A DNA stretch of 47,716 nt from positions 1 through 47,716 of the IMG/VR virus record IMGVR_UViG_3300027326_000001; one strand, written 5' to 3'. This document shows positions 25,780 through 35,248 of the stretch, piece by piece (the first letter of the stretch is position 1; each line of letters begins with the position of its first letter). The notes beneath the pieces were generated by a model. That model saw nothing but the letters and a program-made list of their open reading frames with translations. It had not been told where the DNA came from and made no database searches. The stretch comes from a virus. Its lineage: Duplodnaviria; Caudoviricetes. The translations under genes were made by a program, and so were the position numbers.

Positions 25780-26453
25780 TAGTCTCTCCCTTGTTTAGAG
25801 GATGGAGTACCACTAAAAGCGCCCTTACCATACAAATAAGCTAAACTAGAACCCAGTCCAGTAACAGCGCCTCCTAATATATTACCAGGATCGGTCATCT
25901 GACCAGTACCCTGAGTATTAGTAGATTGGTGACTAGTGGAATAAGCGTCACTAGCCGATTTCTGTCCTACTGGAAGTCCGCTCAAGAATGAAGCGAAGTC
26001 AGTTAGATTCTTACTCTGGAACTGATCTGCTAGTATTGGAGCGGAGTTTCTAAGATCGGTAATCTGCCCAATACGATTACTTTCCGCCATACCAAGCGGT
26101 GTAGAAGCTGCTCCAGAGTATGATAATCCGCGCGATGCCAACATGTTGGAGAGAGCAGCCTGATTAGTGCCAGCACTCTCATTGATATTATTGACACCTT
26201 GATTAATATAACTACCTACCTGATTTCCTATCGCTCCAGGCGACGATCGCTGATAGAATTGACCTAATAGGTAATTCCGCATCGCTAGTTGAAGCGGGTC
26301 GTATACCGGCGCGGTGTTAGCGTTGGAATTAGCGGATTGATCTCCACTAATATTGGTGGTCTGATTGGTGTTTTGGGTAGTAGTCTTAGGCTTATTTAAA
26401 AGTCCACCGGCTAATGCGCTAACACCACTAATTAAAGCTGGTACGAAAGCCAT
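25779..26453 (-). CDS. Small ejection/pilot protein
   Basis: MAFVPALISGVSALAGGLL, T/Q/N-rich segment, 'LASRGL..SG', Gly-rich C-terminus. AGGAGG RBS. Confidence 0.75.
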   Translation of the reverse strand: MAFVPALISGVSALAGGLLNKPKTTTQNTNQTTNISGDQSANSNANTAPVYDPLQLAMRNYLLGQFYQRSSPGAIGNQVGSYINQGVNNINESAGTNQAALSNMLASRGLSYSGAASTPLGMAESNRIGQITDLRNSAPILADQFQSKNLTDFASFLSGLPVGQKSASDAYSTSHQSTNTQGTGQMTDPGNILGGAVTGLGSSLAYLYGKGAFSGTPSSKQGRD

Positions 26454-26466
26454 TCTTCGTCTCCTC

Positions 26467-26628
26467 CTAGAAAGAATAAGACTTATCTACACTGGTGTCA
26501 ATAATAGGAGGAACTATTCCTGTAATTGACATTTCTCCAATCCAAACACCAGGACCATCAACGTCAAAATCGTTAATAAAACCATTAAAACCCGCCGATA
26601 TTTGATCCAGACCCAATAAGTAATTCAT
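26467..26628 (-). CDS. 53-aa protein (not in ORF track)
   Basis: ATGA overlap; MNYLLGLDQISAGFNGFINDFDVDGPGVWIGEMSITGIVPPIIDTSVDKSYSF*. Confidence 0.65.
   Translation of the reverse strand: MNYLLGLDQISAGFNGFINDFDVDGPGVWIGEMSITGIVPPIIDTSVDKSYSF
26473..26501 (-). promoter_or_regulatory. Internal sigma70-type promoter for the ejection genes
   Basis: TTGACA-N17-TATTCT, directly upstream of AGGAGGAG and ATG 26453. Confidence 0.6.
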
Positions 26629-27833
26629 GCAGTTCTAATAACGAAACTTCCACGGGTATTAGAGGACGCTCCAGTCTGAGAAAGAAGTACTATACCAGGA
26701 TCACCGTTTATAATAACCTCAGTGTCCCTCGCATCGTAGATAGGAAAAACAACCGAGTCCCAGAAAGCACCTAAAATTCCATATTGAGCTAGCGGATCAG
26801 TTGGATCTACTACACTGAGTGCTAGGAAAGCCTCGTAAGGAATCGCCATACCATCATCTTTTACTAAGTCTAGAGTCTCAATTTGGTTGGCTAACTTATC
26901 AATATCCGCTTTTCCAAAACCTAATCCAGGGAAACATAGGGCGGGTCGCTGATTCGTAGTACCAGTTCCATCGTTAGCGAAGTAAGCTTCATCAGTACTA
27001 ACATCAACGTAATATACACCGCCCACACTAGTTAAATCTTGCCTATTTCCGCCGCTTGGAGAGACTGGATTAATAGGGCCACTCATATAGTTGCAATAGA
27101 ATAATCCTCCTAACGGTTTCAGATGCGAGGCTAGCATAAGAGTGCCGTTCCCGAATTCCCCCGCGACGAATATGAAGAATTGGTACCTATTAGCCACGAT
27201 CGATAGTTCGTTATTCTCAGTTTGTAGACCGTCGAAGAAACAGATATCCTCAGAATCACTGAAATTCACACGGGTCGAAGATCCATTAGTTACGAATTTC
27301 ACCTTTAGTGGATTAGTGTATACCTGATGGGATTGCATAATCCAACCGCCCCGAAAGGTGAATCCCACTCCAGTACTACCAGCATCACTAGACCAAACTC
27401 CTATCGTTCCGGTCGGATTTAAGAAACAGAGAATATTATTATCGATCTCCTCATTCTCGTTTCCATAAAAACGGATAGTAGTAGTGCTAGGACGCTGATA
27501 TTGCCAACCAACCGATCCTCTAACTAAGCTTCCCCATGTATTAAGTATAGTGTCAGTAGTATCACCAGGAGCAATAGGTACTGGAATACCACCTCCAGGT
27601 GCGGGATCTGTTGTACTAAAAAACTTGAATATAGTGGGTCCAAGAGTAATTTCGTTTCCAGGTACTATAGCTAATACCGCTAGGCTAATTTCAGCGGTTA
27701 CTTTACTAAGTTCTGACCAACCCGCATCCTCTAAGTTACTCTTAACCCATTCTACGAAATCGTTAGCTTCCGTATAGGCAGAGCCAATCTCTATCGTATC
27801 GGTGACTATCGGATTAGAGGTATAATATCCCAT
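26625..27833 (-). CDS. Tail/appendage protein, paralogue of 27833-28726
   Basis: Beta-rich; shares YQFFIF and WD..V motifs with its neighbour. Confidence 0.65.
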   Translation of the reverse strand: MGYYTSNPIVTDTIEIGSAYTEANDFVEWVKSNLEDAGWSELSKVTAEISLAVLAIVPGNEITLGPTIFKFFSTTDPAPGGGIPVPIAPGDTTDTILNTWGSLVRGSVGWQYQRPSTTTIRFYGNENEEIDNNILCFLNPTGTIGVWSSDAGSTGVGFTFRGGWIMQSHQVYTNPLKVKFVTNGSSTRVNFSDSEDICFFDGLQTENNELSIVANRYQFFIFVAGEFGNGTLMLASHLKPLGGLFYCNYMSGPINPVSPSGGNRQDLTSVGGVYYVDVSTDEAYFANDGTGTTNQRPALCFPGLGFGKADIDKLANQIETLDLVKDDGMAIPYEAFLALSVVDPTDPLAQYGILGAFWDSVVFPIYDARDTEVIINGDPGIVLLSQTGASSNTRGSFVIRTA

Positions 27834-28726
27834 TAGTGTGCGTACGATCCTACTGAACTAGGGGCATAGGATCTAATAGCTAGAAATAAGCAACCTACAC
27901 AAGTTGACTCGCTGCCCTGTATAGTAAAAGATTCCCAATCTCGAAAATCCGCCGTTGCTACAATTTTACTATCGTAGAATCCACCCACTACCATAGCATC
28001 CCATAATGAGAGTACCACCGGATCGGATTGGAGTCCCAAAACTAGCATCGGTGTTATAATCGGAAAATTAAGATCCGCAAACTTCGTCGGTTCCAATAGT
28101 TGAGATCCTCTCAGTGAGAGTAATTGTGGATTTATAACAGTTGCCGCGCGCGCATTTCGGTATAATCCATCAATAAGGAAACCGAGCGAGCTATCTGCTG
28201 CTGTTTGATCCCGGAAAAGATCGTATCTCCAACTGTTAAGAGTTCCCAAAGTCCAAAACGCATCACCAGAATCGACCATACGAAATGGAATTCCGCCAGT
28301 CGCGTCATTTCTGTCGAAAGGTCCATTAAGTCCCGGATTCGGGGAGATGGTCGAATCATAGAAAATGAAGAACTGGTACGGGCCGCATATGATACGATTT
28401 CTCTTCCCGTCAGTGATCGTAACTTGTCCAGCATTTGTCGTATTCGTTTCACTAAGTGTGTCAACCTCGAATTTAATAATGGGATAACCGAATAGAATCA
28501 TAGTCGATCCATCCCAGAACATATTTAGTAAAATTTGAGTACCACCCGGAGTAGCTACACTCTTAAACTGGTAGCCCGTAGTCCTGCCGGATGATGGAAT
28601 TTCTTTAACTACTGTCCAAAGGCAAGTTAGTAAGCTTGTTCGAACATCGTCGAAGAAATCCTGGACATCAGTTGCATCTAATTCAAAAGTTCCAATAATA
28701 CCATTACTGTAATTAGGGCCGCTCAT
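27833..28726 (-). CDS. Tail/appendage protein
   Basis: Beta-rich structural-type ORF in the tail module. Confidence 0.65.
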   Translation of the reverse strand: MSGPNYSNGIIGTFELDATDVQDFFDDVRTSLLTCLWTVVKEIPSSGRTTGYQFKSVATPGGTQILLNMFWDGSTMILFGYPIIKFEVDTLSETNTTNAGQVTITDGKRNRIICGPYQFFIFYDSTISPNPGLNGPFDRNDATGGIPFRMVDSGDAFWTLGTLNSWRYDLFRDQTAADSSLGFLIDGLYRNARAATVINPQLLSLRGSQLLEPTKFADLNFPIITPMLVLGLQSDPVVLSLWDAMVVGGFYDSKIVATADFRDWESFTIQGSESTCVGCLFLAIRSYAPSSVGSYAH

Positions 28727-28745
28727 ACTTTGGGTTAGACTAGAA

Positions 28746-29345
28746 TTAGACTAAATTACAAAAAATTACGATTTCGATTTCTCTTCCTGCGACGATTGAT
28801 CCAATTTGTGTGATGTGGACCGTGAATACGTCGTATCTTCGAAAGAGAGGTACTGCTGGATCAAAAATCCCCGTTGGGTGGACGACAGTTCTGGGTGATG
28901 TACCAGAAGGTAGAATAAGTTTAGTAGGTCCAAATATCGATAGTCCATTGCGCTTAATATCTACTATTAAACTAGCTCCAGTCGGACAGATATTAGCTGC
29001 TATAGCAACCACATCGGGGCGCCCGCTCAGATTATTGGTCCAAATAAATGGTGGAGTTGCGTAATCTCCTACCTCCACCGAACGTCCTATCCCTAGACCA
29101 AAAGTAATTTTATCAAAAGAACTACGAGTGGTACCGCTAGTAACAGAACGAGGAGTAACAGCACCACCAATAGTATCGATAAGTTCCTTCCGTACGACAT
29201 AATCATAGTCATCTATGGAAGGATGTGCGTTAATTACTCGCCGTTGCCGAAAGTCAATATTTCGACTAGTATACGCATCCATGAACTGAAATAGCTCACG
29301 TAATACGTCATTTACATCCTCTAATTTATTGACTTGTCTAGGCAA
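28746..29345 (-). CDS. Short fibre/spike-like tail protein
   Basis: 'NIDFRQRRVINAHPSIDDYDYV' fibre neck motif plus C-terminal 'PTGASLIVDIKRNG...TVHITQIGSIVAG' beta sandwich. Confidence 0.65.
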   Translation of the reverse strand: MPRQVNKLEDVNDVLRELFQFMDAYTSRNIDFRQRRVINAHPSIDDYDYVVRKELIDTIGGAVTPRSVTSGTTRSSFDKITFGLGIGRSVEVGDYATPPFIWTNNLSGRPDVVAIAANICPTGASLIVDIKRNGLSIFGPTKLILPSGTSPRTVVHPTGIFDPAVPLFRRYDVFTVHITQIGSIVAGREIEIVIFCNLV

Positions 29346-29347
29346 CG

Positions 29348-32300
29348 TTATCCTCGTTGGGACGCTGTAAAGGCATCAGTTAGCCTAACTAACTTAATAG
29401 CACTATCGTTACCACCATAGTTGATCTTAAATTCTACATAATAGCGATTAAACGGAACGGTTGTAGGTCCAAGAACGAGACGGGTTATAACACTGATCCG
29501 ACCTTTCGGAATCCATTCTACTTCCCATACGTCGTCAGAATTAGGAACCGTGGTTATAGTACCATTAGCGATCTCAACATCTTCAGCTATTAGACTCCAC
29601 GGTAAGTTAACCTCACCCGTGATTACACGAATACGGAATCCTACGATTTTTCCGACGCGCGCCAGATGTACCGGACCTACCTGATCGAATTTCTTAGATA
29701 CTGGAAGAATTTCAACGTTCTCCGGCCTTAATAGTCCATAAAACTCGAATGGACTCGATCCAGTTAATTCTCCGGAGTAATCGGTCCCGAAAACGTCCGT
29801 ACTAAAATAGTGGAATACGGTCTTACGACTGGTTGTATTAAAAATACTAGGAGTCTGCGCGATTCCATCTATGATAGGTGTGAAACTGACGTTAGCGCCA
29901 TTCGTATTAATTTCCATCGGCATGGTACGAATACGCTTTTTTGCAGCAATGCCGTAGTTATTCTCAGGAATACGGAATTCTCTTAGTCTAGGAGGTAGAA
30001 CCTCTATCTGTTGTGGAATTATTACTCCATAAAATTCGAATGGGGTGTCTTCTAGAGTAGTTAGCGTCCCCCCAATATCAATCGCTGTAGTATCACTGGT
30101 AAAGTAGTATTCTACCGTTATTTTCTCTGTTGTATTGTAGGTAGCGGACGATCGTGCCACACCATCTAGAATGGGAGTAAATTCTACATCCGCCCCGTTT
30201 GTATTAATCTGGAACTTATACGAACTATGTCTCTTTCTATTCGGATTCCCATAGTCGTTGGCTGGAATTTTAAGAAACTTGACTGGAGTAGGTAATTTCT
30301 CGCTCACGATTTCTTCTAAATTGATTCCATAATATTCGAAAGCTCCACGATTAGTAGCACTAATAGGAGTAGCAGTGTTAGCAGTAGCAGTGAGAAGTCC
30401 TCCAATGTCAACGCCAATAGTTTCGCTCTCGAAATAATAGACGACAGTTTTCTTACCAGTATGAGCGAAATCAAGATAATCTCCTACATTAGTTCCGTCG
30501 ATCGTTGGTTGGAATCTAACTGTGAAACCTAGCGTATCTACTACGAAAGCGAAGTTAGTGAAACGCTTACGGGAGAATGTTCCAAGATTCGTAGGAAGTA
30601 GACGTAAGTTAGTAGTTAGTTCAGGACGAGGATCGTATTCCAGATTGAAGGCATTTAAGGCGAACTCGAATAGAGTAGTTGTACTAACTAATCGAATCGC
30701 GTACCTAAATCCCAGTCCATACGCTTGAGTTAGTGGACCGAATACATCGATGAAAACATTTTGTAAGAATGGAGTGCTAACTACTCCTAGGAATAAGAAA
30801 TCGCCCGAATCTCCACTGATGTATACGTTGACATTACGACCTCCGGTATTAATAAGTAAGCGGAGCGTATACGCATCCTTGCGATTCAATGGTTGCCCGT
30901 TAGAATCGTAGATTGTCTGGAAATAAATTCGTTGACCCGCGCCGGTTGTACCGACCGTATCAATAGTTGAACCGACGCTGAGTTGCTTGACGAAGAAATC
31001 GGCTGGCGTTCCAAAACCACCTAAAAGAGTACCATCAGTTTCTACGAATAAACAGATCGGATTACACTCTTGAAGTCGCCAAGTTCCTAGTTTTAGATCG
31101 TATATGAAGAGTTGTCTCGATCCGTCCATCAGCGGAAGGCTAGCTATTACACTTCCCTTATGAACTACAACAGGGTATACAACGAGCGCGTTACTATAAA
31201 CCGCTACTGGCTGTATTCCGTGTCTAGCTTCTCCGCGAAATAGAAGATCCAACTGAGCACTAATAAGTTGTGATGGCCCACCACTAGTAATACGGAATCC
31301 ATCATCAGCCATATAAATGATAGATCCAGAATCTAACGCGAATTCTAATCCTAGCGGCGGATGTTTTTCTCCCAGAGCTACGATTTGACTATTTATAGTA
31401 CCATCAGGAAGATCCGTTAGATTTCCACTCAACTCGTATCGATTCTTAGTAGTACCGATCTGGAGAACCGTATTACTAATCTTAGAAATCCATAGAATAG
31501 CTTCTGTCTTATCTCCGCTAACCCGGAATCGAAATCTATTATCGATAGCTTCGGGATTAAGGCGTTCTGTGATAAGAATTTCCTTCGTAGTCGCTATTAC
31601 TATACGCTCAAAGTAGATTCCTTCGACTATTGAAATAAACTCATCCGCTACATCCGCGATGGATTGAGTGAATTCATTAGCTATAATATTGAGATTTTGG
31701 GCCGCCTGATCGGGACACGTATCTTCAATAGTATCGCCTATTCCACCACCCCAATTTTGAATCGCGCCGGATGAATCTACGTAGACGTTGGTTGTAAGAT
31801 TTAAAACTCCTATTCTAGTAAATTGTTTTAATAGTCCTCCCCTCCTGTAGAACCATTGCTGATTAACTTGAGGATCGCCACTATTAACCGGATCAAGACT
31901 GACACTAGCATTAATGACTTCGAGAGGAGCTGCAAACTTAGGAGATATAGCACTTTTACCAAGATATACGCCAGTGTCCCGCACATTAACTTGCACGTAT
32001 TCAACAGGTGCATTAAGGGGACCTTTTGTACTACCCGACAATTTAAATCCGATCACTAAATTATCTTGACTGGTATTATTACCAATTATCGTAACCCGGA
32101 GCGCGCCAACATTTGACCAATCTAATGTAGTATCGTCTCCGGCGCGCGTAAATTGACCTCTCTCAACTTGTAGCGTAGAATAGTTATCTACGCCTTCTAC
32201 GAATGGAACTAAATCTACATCGTGCTGCCATTCCATCCAGTAGTAGTTATCAAGCTGAGAGAGGTCACTAACCGAGCCTAGTCCAATTTCTACCCTGACC

Positions 32301-32995
32301 CTATCAATATTCGCAGAATCGCCAAGCCTAATGCGAAAAGAGAATATATCAGAATCAAGACCACTACCACCTCCGGGATATGCGTTGAAGTCTTTCGCAT
32401 ATCGTACCCCCATTACCGCTCGTAATGTATCCGATGTTAAATCGATATGAGCGCCTTCAATACCACTATTAACAAAATTATCACCCTCAACTGCTTCCCA
32501 TGCGGAGTAGGTTTCACTACCATCCGCTCCGCTAACATCGTAAGATTCTTGACTATGAACCGTAGCGGGAACAGCATTAACTGGAGTCTCTATTCCCCAA
32601 TTTCTAACTACGGAACCATCGAACTTTCGCTTCTTCGACCCTGATGCAATAAAAATACTTCCTAAAACATCGCTAAATCGGGCGCGGGCTGGATTACCAC
32701 TATCTAATACGAAATCAGTAAATTCACCTCCTGTTGGTGCATGAAGAACTAATCCGGTTGAATCAGCAGCGAATCTATGCTTGACATTATTGATTTCAGT
32801 TGAATAAATAGAATGTACGAATCCTGGAAATTGAGTAGTATGCGTATTACGGAATCCTTTAGCTAGAGTTAGTGAACCTAATTCATCTAACCGTAAGTTA
32901 TCCATACGAAGTAAACCTTCTGCCGATCCATTAGTTGAATCAGCGGAAGGAGTCCAGCCTAAAGGCCATCTTTCTCTAGTTAGATTCTGAGCCAT
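29348..32995 (-). CDS. Tail nozzle/tubular protein B-like protein with tandemly repeated C-terminal domains
   Basis: N-terminus 'GW...MDNLRLDELGSLTLAKG' typical of P22 gp10/T7 gp12-like beta-propeller nozzles. Follows the adaptors; 1215 aa. Confidence 0.75.
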   Translation of the reverse strand: MAQNLTRERWPLGWTPSADSTNGSAEGLLRMDNLRLDELGSLTLAKGFRNTHTTQFPGFVHSIYSTEINNVKHRFAADSTGLVLHAPTGGEFTDFVLDSGNPARARFSDVLGSIFIASGSKKRKFDGSVVRNWGIETPVNAVPATVHSQESYDVSGADGSETYSAWEAVEGDNFVNSGIEGAHIDLTSDTLRAVMGVRYAKDFNAYPGGGSGLDSDIFSFRIRLGDSANIDRVRVEIGLGSVSDLSQLDNYYWMEWQHDVDLVPFVEGVDNYSTLQVERGQFTRAGDDTTLDWSNVGALRVTIIGNNTSQDNLVIGFKLSGSTKGPLNAPVEYVQVNVRDTGVYLGKSAISPKFAAPLEVINASVSLDPVNSGDPQVNQQWFYRRGGLLKQFTRIGVLNLTTNVYVDSSGAIQNWGGGIGDTIEDTCPDQAAQNLNIIANEFTQSIADVADEFISIVEGIYFERIVIATTKEILITERLNPEAIDNRFRFRVSGDKTEAILWISKISNTVLQIGTTKNRYELSGNLTDLPDGTINSQIVALGEKHPPLGLEFALDSGSIIYMADDGFRITSGGPSQLISAQLDLLFRGEARHGIQPVAVYSNALVVYPVVVHKGSVIASLPLMDGSRQLFIYDLKLGTWRLQECNPICLFVETDGTLLGGFGTPADFFVKQLSVGSTIDTVGTTGAGQRIYFQTIYDSNGQPLNRKDAYTLRLLINTGGRNVNVYISGDSGDFLFLGVVSTPFLQNVFIDVFGPLTQAYGLGFRYAIRLVSTTTLFEFALNAFNLEYDPRPELTTNLRLLPTNLGTFSRKRFTNFAFVVDTLGFTVRFQPTIDGTNVGDYLDFAHTGKKTVVYYFESETIGVDIGGLLTATANTATPISATNRGAFEYYGINLEEIVSEKLPTPVKFLKIPANDYGNPNRKRHSSYKFQINTNGADVEFTPILDGVARSSATYNTTEKITVEYYFTSDTTAIDIGGTLTTLEDTPFEFYGVIIPQQIEVLPPRLREFRIPENNYGIAAKKRIRTMPMEINTNGANVSFTPIIDGIAQTPSIFNTTSRKTVFHYFSTDVFGTDYSGELTGSSPFEFYGLLRPENVEILPVSKKFDQVGPVHLARVGKIVGFRIRVITGEVNLPWSLIAEDVEIANGTITTVPNSDDVWEVEWIPKGRISVITRLVLGPTTVPFNRYYVEFKINYGGNDSAIKLVRLTDAFTASQRG

Positions 32996-32996
32996 T

Positions 32997-33341
32997 CTAT
33001 TTCTTGTCTTCTAAACGCTTTACTAATTCGACTAAAAGCTTAACGGTAGCTTCCTGTTCGTTAATCTTATGATCTTGATATTCGATTCGCTTAGCGATAC
33101 TATCTAAAGTCTTGGTCATGAACTGATTAATAATAGCTTGTTCCTTAGATAATACAGTGATTGCCGTTATCGTATTTTGTAGTTCTCCACCTACTGTGTC
33201 TAGTGCTTTTTTAATTTCAGTACCAGCTTGTCCCAAAGATTCTACCTTAGCACGAACCACTGCGAATGTCACAGAGATTGTAATTATACCTGTTATTATA
33301 GCAACCATAGAAGGTAGCCATGCTATTAATGGCGGCATCAT
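32997..33341 (-). CDS. Membrane protein with coiled coil (holin/spanin-like)
   Basis: N-terminal TM segment (WLPSMVAIITGIITISVTFAVV) followed by a coiled coil. Confidence 0.6.
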   Translation of the reverse strand: MMPPLIAWLPSMVAIITGIITISVTFAVVRAKVESLGQAGTEIKKALDTVGGELQNTITAITVLSKEQAIINQFMTKTLDSIAKRIEYQDHKINEQEATVKLLVELVKRLEDKK

Positions 33342-34051
33342 CTAGATTCACCGAAGTTAGCTGGTAATCTTGGTCTAGGAGGTCTTACACCCCTATTTGC
33401 GATAAGACCTTCTTTAATGCCGCGCATCCTACTTGAATAGAGATTGTCTGTAATTTTCCTAAAACGCTTTAGCAATTTTTCATATTCAACCTCGTAGTAG
33501 TTAGATGCAATTAAGTTCTGACCCTTTCCTTCTCGCTTGAACGCTTTAGAAAGTACGTAATATCTAACTAACGTCTCTCTCACGTAATCTGGCACTCTGT
33601 ATGCTGCGATCGCAGGGTCAGCTATTCTCCATCCACTAACTATTACATTGGCGCGTATGCCAGTCTTGGTATTAATATTGCTACTATCGTATGCTATAGT
33701 TGTATTAGGACAGGCGAAGAATTTAATCTTGTCCATTCCATAACCAAGACGACAATATAGGAAGGGTCTGGAGCTTTCTACATCGCCTTCGGTCGGCTTT
33801 AATGGAACTATTACATTTCGTAACTCTGCTTGAAATACCGGATAGACTGTATAGCCTTGCCACGTAATTCGTATGATTCCAGTCAAACGTTGAGAGGGTG
33901 ATGTATCTTCAGTAAAGTCATAAATCGACTGCGATGCAACTATATTTAGCGGAAATCGAACGTAGATGCAAGAAACCTGAGTAGAGATTTGTACCTCCGC
34001 CTCAGTAGCTAGATCCGATAAGTATTCATTAGTCCAGAGAGTTTTCATCAA
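33338..34051 (-). CDS. Head-tail adaptor/tail ring protein 2
   Basis: WTNEYL...YDF...RP..Y...IKFFACP...VPDY...LVRYYVLSKAF.REG, a gp11/gp4-like adaptor pattern. Confidence 0.7.
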   Translation of the reverse strand: MMKTLWTNEYLSDLATEAEVQISTQVSCIYVRFPLNIVASQSIYDFTEDTSPSQRLTGIIRITWQGYTVYPVFQAELRNVIVPLKPTEGDVESSRPFLYCRLGYGMDKIKFFACPNTTIAYDSSNINTKTGIRANVIVSGWRIADPAIAAYRVPDYVRETLVRYYVLSKAFKREGKGQNLIASNYYEVEYEKLLKRFRKITDNLYSSRMRGIKEGLIANRGVRPPRPRLPANFGESR

Positions 34052-34680
34052 AAAACCTCTTGCATATGATATAGTTGGTTTGGAGACGAACGTTCTCTCA
34101 GAACCTTAAGAATTGCTTCTATCCCACCTTCTAATAAAGCTGAATATCCGAGCGCCTTATAAAACTCCTCTGCCTGTGTTAGTAGATCGGCTGTAGCGTA
34201 ATTTTCTAGAATATCGACTTGTTCTTCTGGAACTTGCGGAGTAGTATTAGCACCGAGAGTATTAGCACGCGCTTTATACATTACTGTCATACTTCCAGTC
34301 GCTACAGTTGGAGTAGGAAATAGCGCCACTCGCTTATGATCGATCGGCAAGAATAGGAACGGGTCCCCCTCTGTCAGTTCCCAATCGTCCCTATATTGAA
34401 TTAATTCTAGTAACGAAGTCGGTTGCATCCATCGATTTGTCTGATTATTGTATATCCCGAAAATACGCAGATAGTCCGTTATATAAGTCGTAAAATCGTA
34501 GAATACCAGATCACTCACGAAACTGACAACGGCAGTCTTCTCAATACTCTCAGTGAGAGCTACTATTAGATTATAACCATCCTGAATCGCGGGTACAATA
34601 TCATCCGCACTACTATAGAATCCGGCACTACTATCATCAAGATTTCGTCTGACCCGATCGGTTATTTGAGTAAGATTCAT
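34048..34680 (-). CDS. Head-tail adaptor/tail ring protein 1
   Basis: MNLTQITDRVRRNLDD...YDF...GDP..F...LFPTP...MY...PQVPEE...LENYA. Confidence 0.75.
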   Translation of the reverse strand: MNLTQITDRVRRNLDDSSAGFYSSADDIVPAIQDGYNLIVALTESIEKTAVVSFVSDLVFYDFTTYITDYLRIFGIYNNQTNRWMQPTSLLELIQYRDDWELTEGDPFLFLPIDHKRVALFPTPTVATGSMTVMYKARANTLGANTTPQVPEEQVDILENYATADLLTQAEEFYKALGYSALLEGGIEAILKVLRERSSPNQLYHMQEVF

Positions 34681-34681
34681 A

Positions 34682-35248
34682 TTACTCCGATGTCATATCA
34701 CCTAGATAACGTCGTATTCGTTGAACCGCTGCGTTATCGTAGGATGATCCAAGATCTATCTCTACGTCACCAGTCACCGGACCTACCGTAATAGCTGGAC
34801 TCTCATTACTAATATTCAAATAACGCTTAATTCGTAGAATACTACTGAGATTATAGGCTACCAGAAGTTCTAAAACTACCGCATCGAAGAATCCTATTCC
34901 TTCGGTTGGTAATTTTATTGAATCAATAATTACGATCTGGTCACTAAAACTCAGGAATCCACTGGAACTCTTAGAAAATGCGTCCAAAATCGAGAGCGCG
35001 TCAGAGAATGCCGGTTTGTAGTGGAAGGAGAGTGCCGGAGCGTCAGTTATACTAAGAAGGTCCGCCTTAGTTAATAGAAGAGCTAGTCTAATAGCACTCG
35101 CGTCAGTCAACGCTAATGTGTCTGACGTAGTTATTGTCAGAGCGAGCGTAGTAGATTCGTCAATATAGAAGGCGCGGGGGAACAAATATTGCTTAGTTCC
35201 ACTCTCGTTGATGTATCCCACGCCCGGTATGTTATATTGACGTGCCAT
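34682..35248 (-). CDS. Virion protein with (S/A)D-x-L-x-I-x-D repeats
   Basis: SDTLALTDA, ADLLSITDA, SDALSILDA, SDQIVIIDS. Twin C-terminal RI(K/R)RYL motifs. Confidence 0.65.
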   Translation of the reverse strand: MARQYNIPGVGYINESGTKQYLFPRAFYIDESTTLALTITTSDTLALTDASAIRLALLLTKADLLSITDAPALSFHYKPAFSDALSILDAFSKSSSGFLSFSDQIVIIDSIKLPTEGIGFFDAVVLELLVAYNLSSILRIKRYLNISNESPAITVGPVTGDVEIDLGSSYDNAAVQRIRRYLGDMTSE

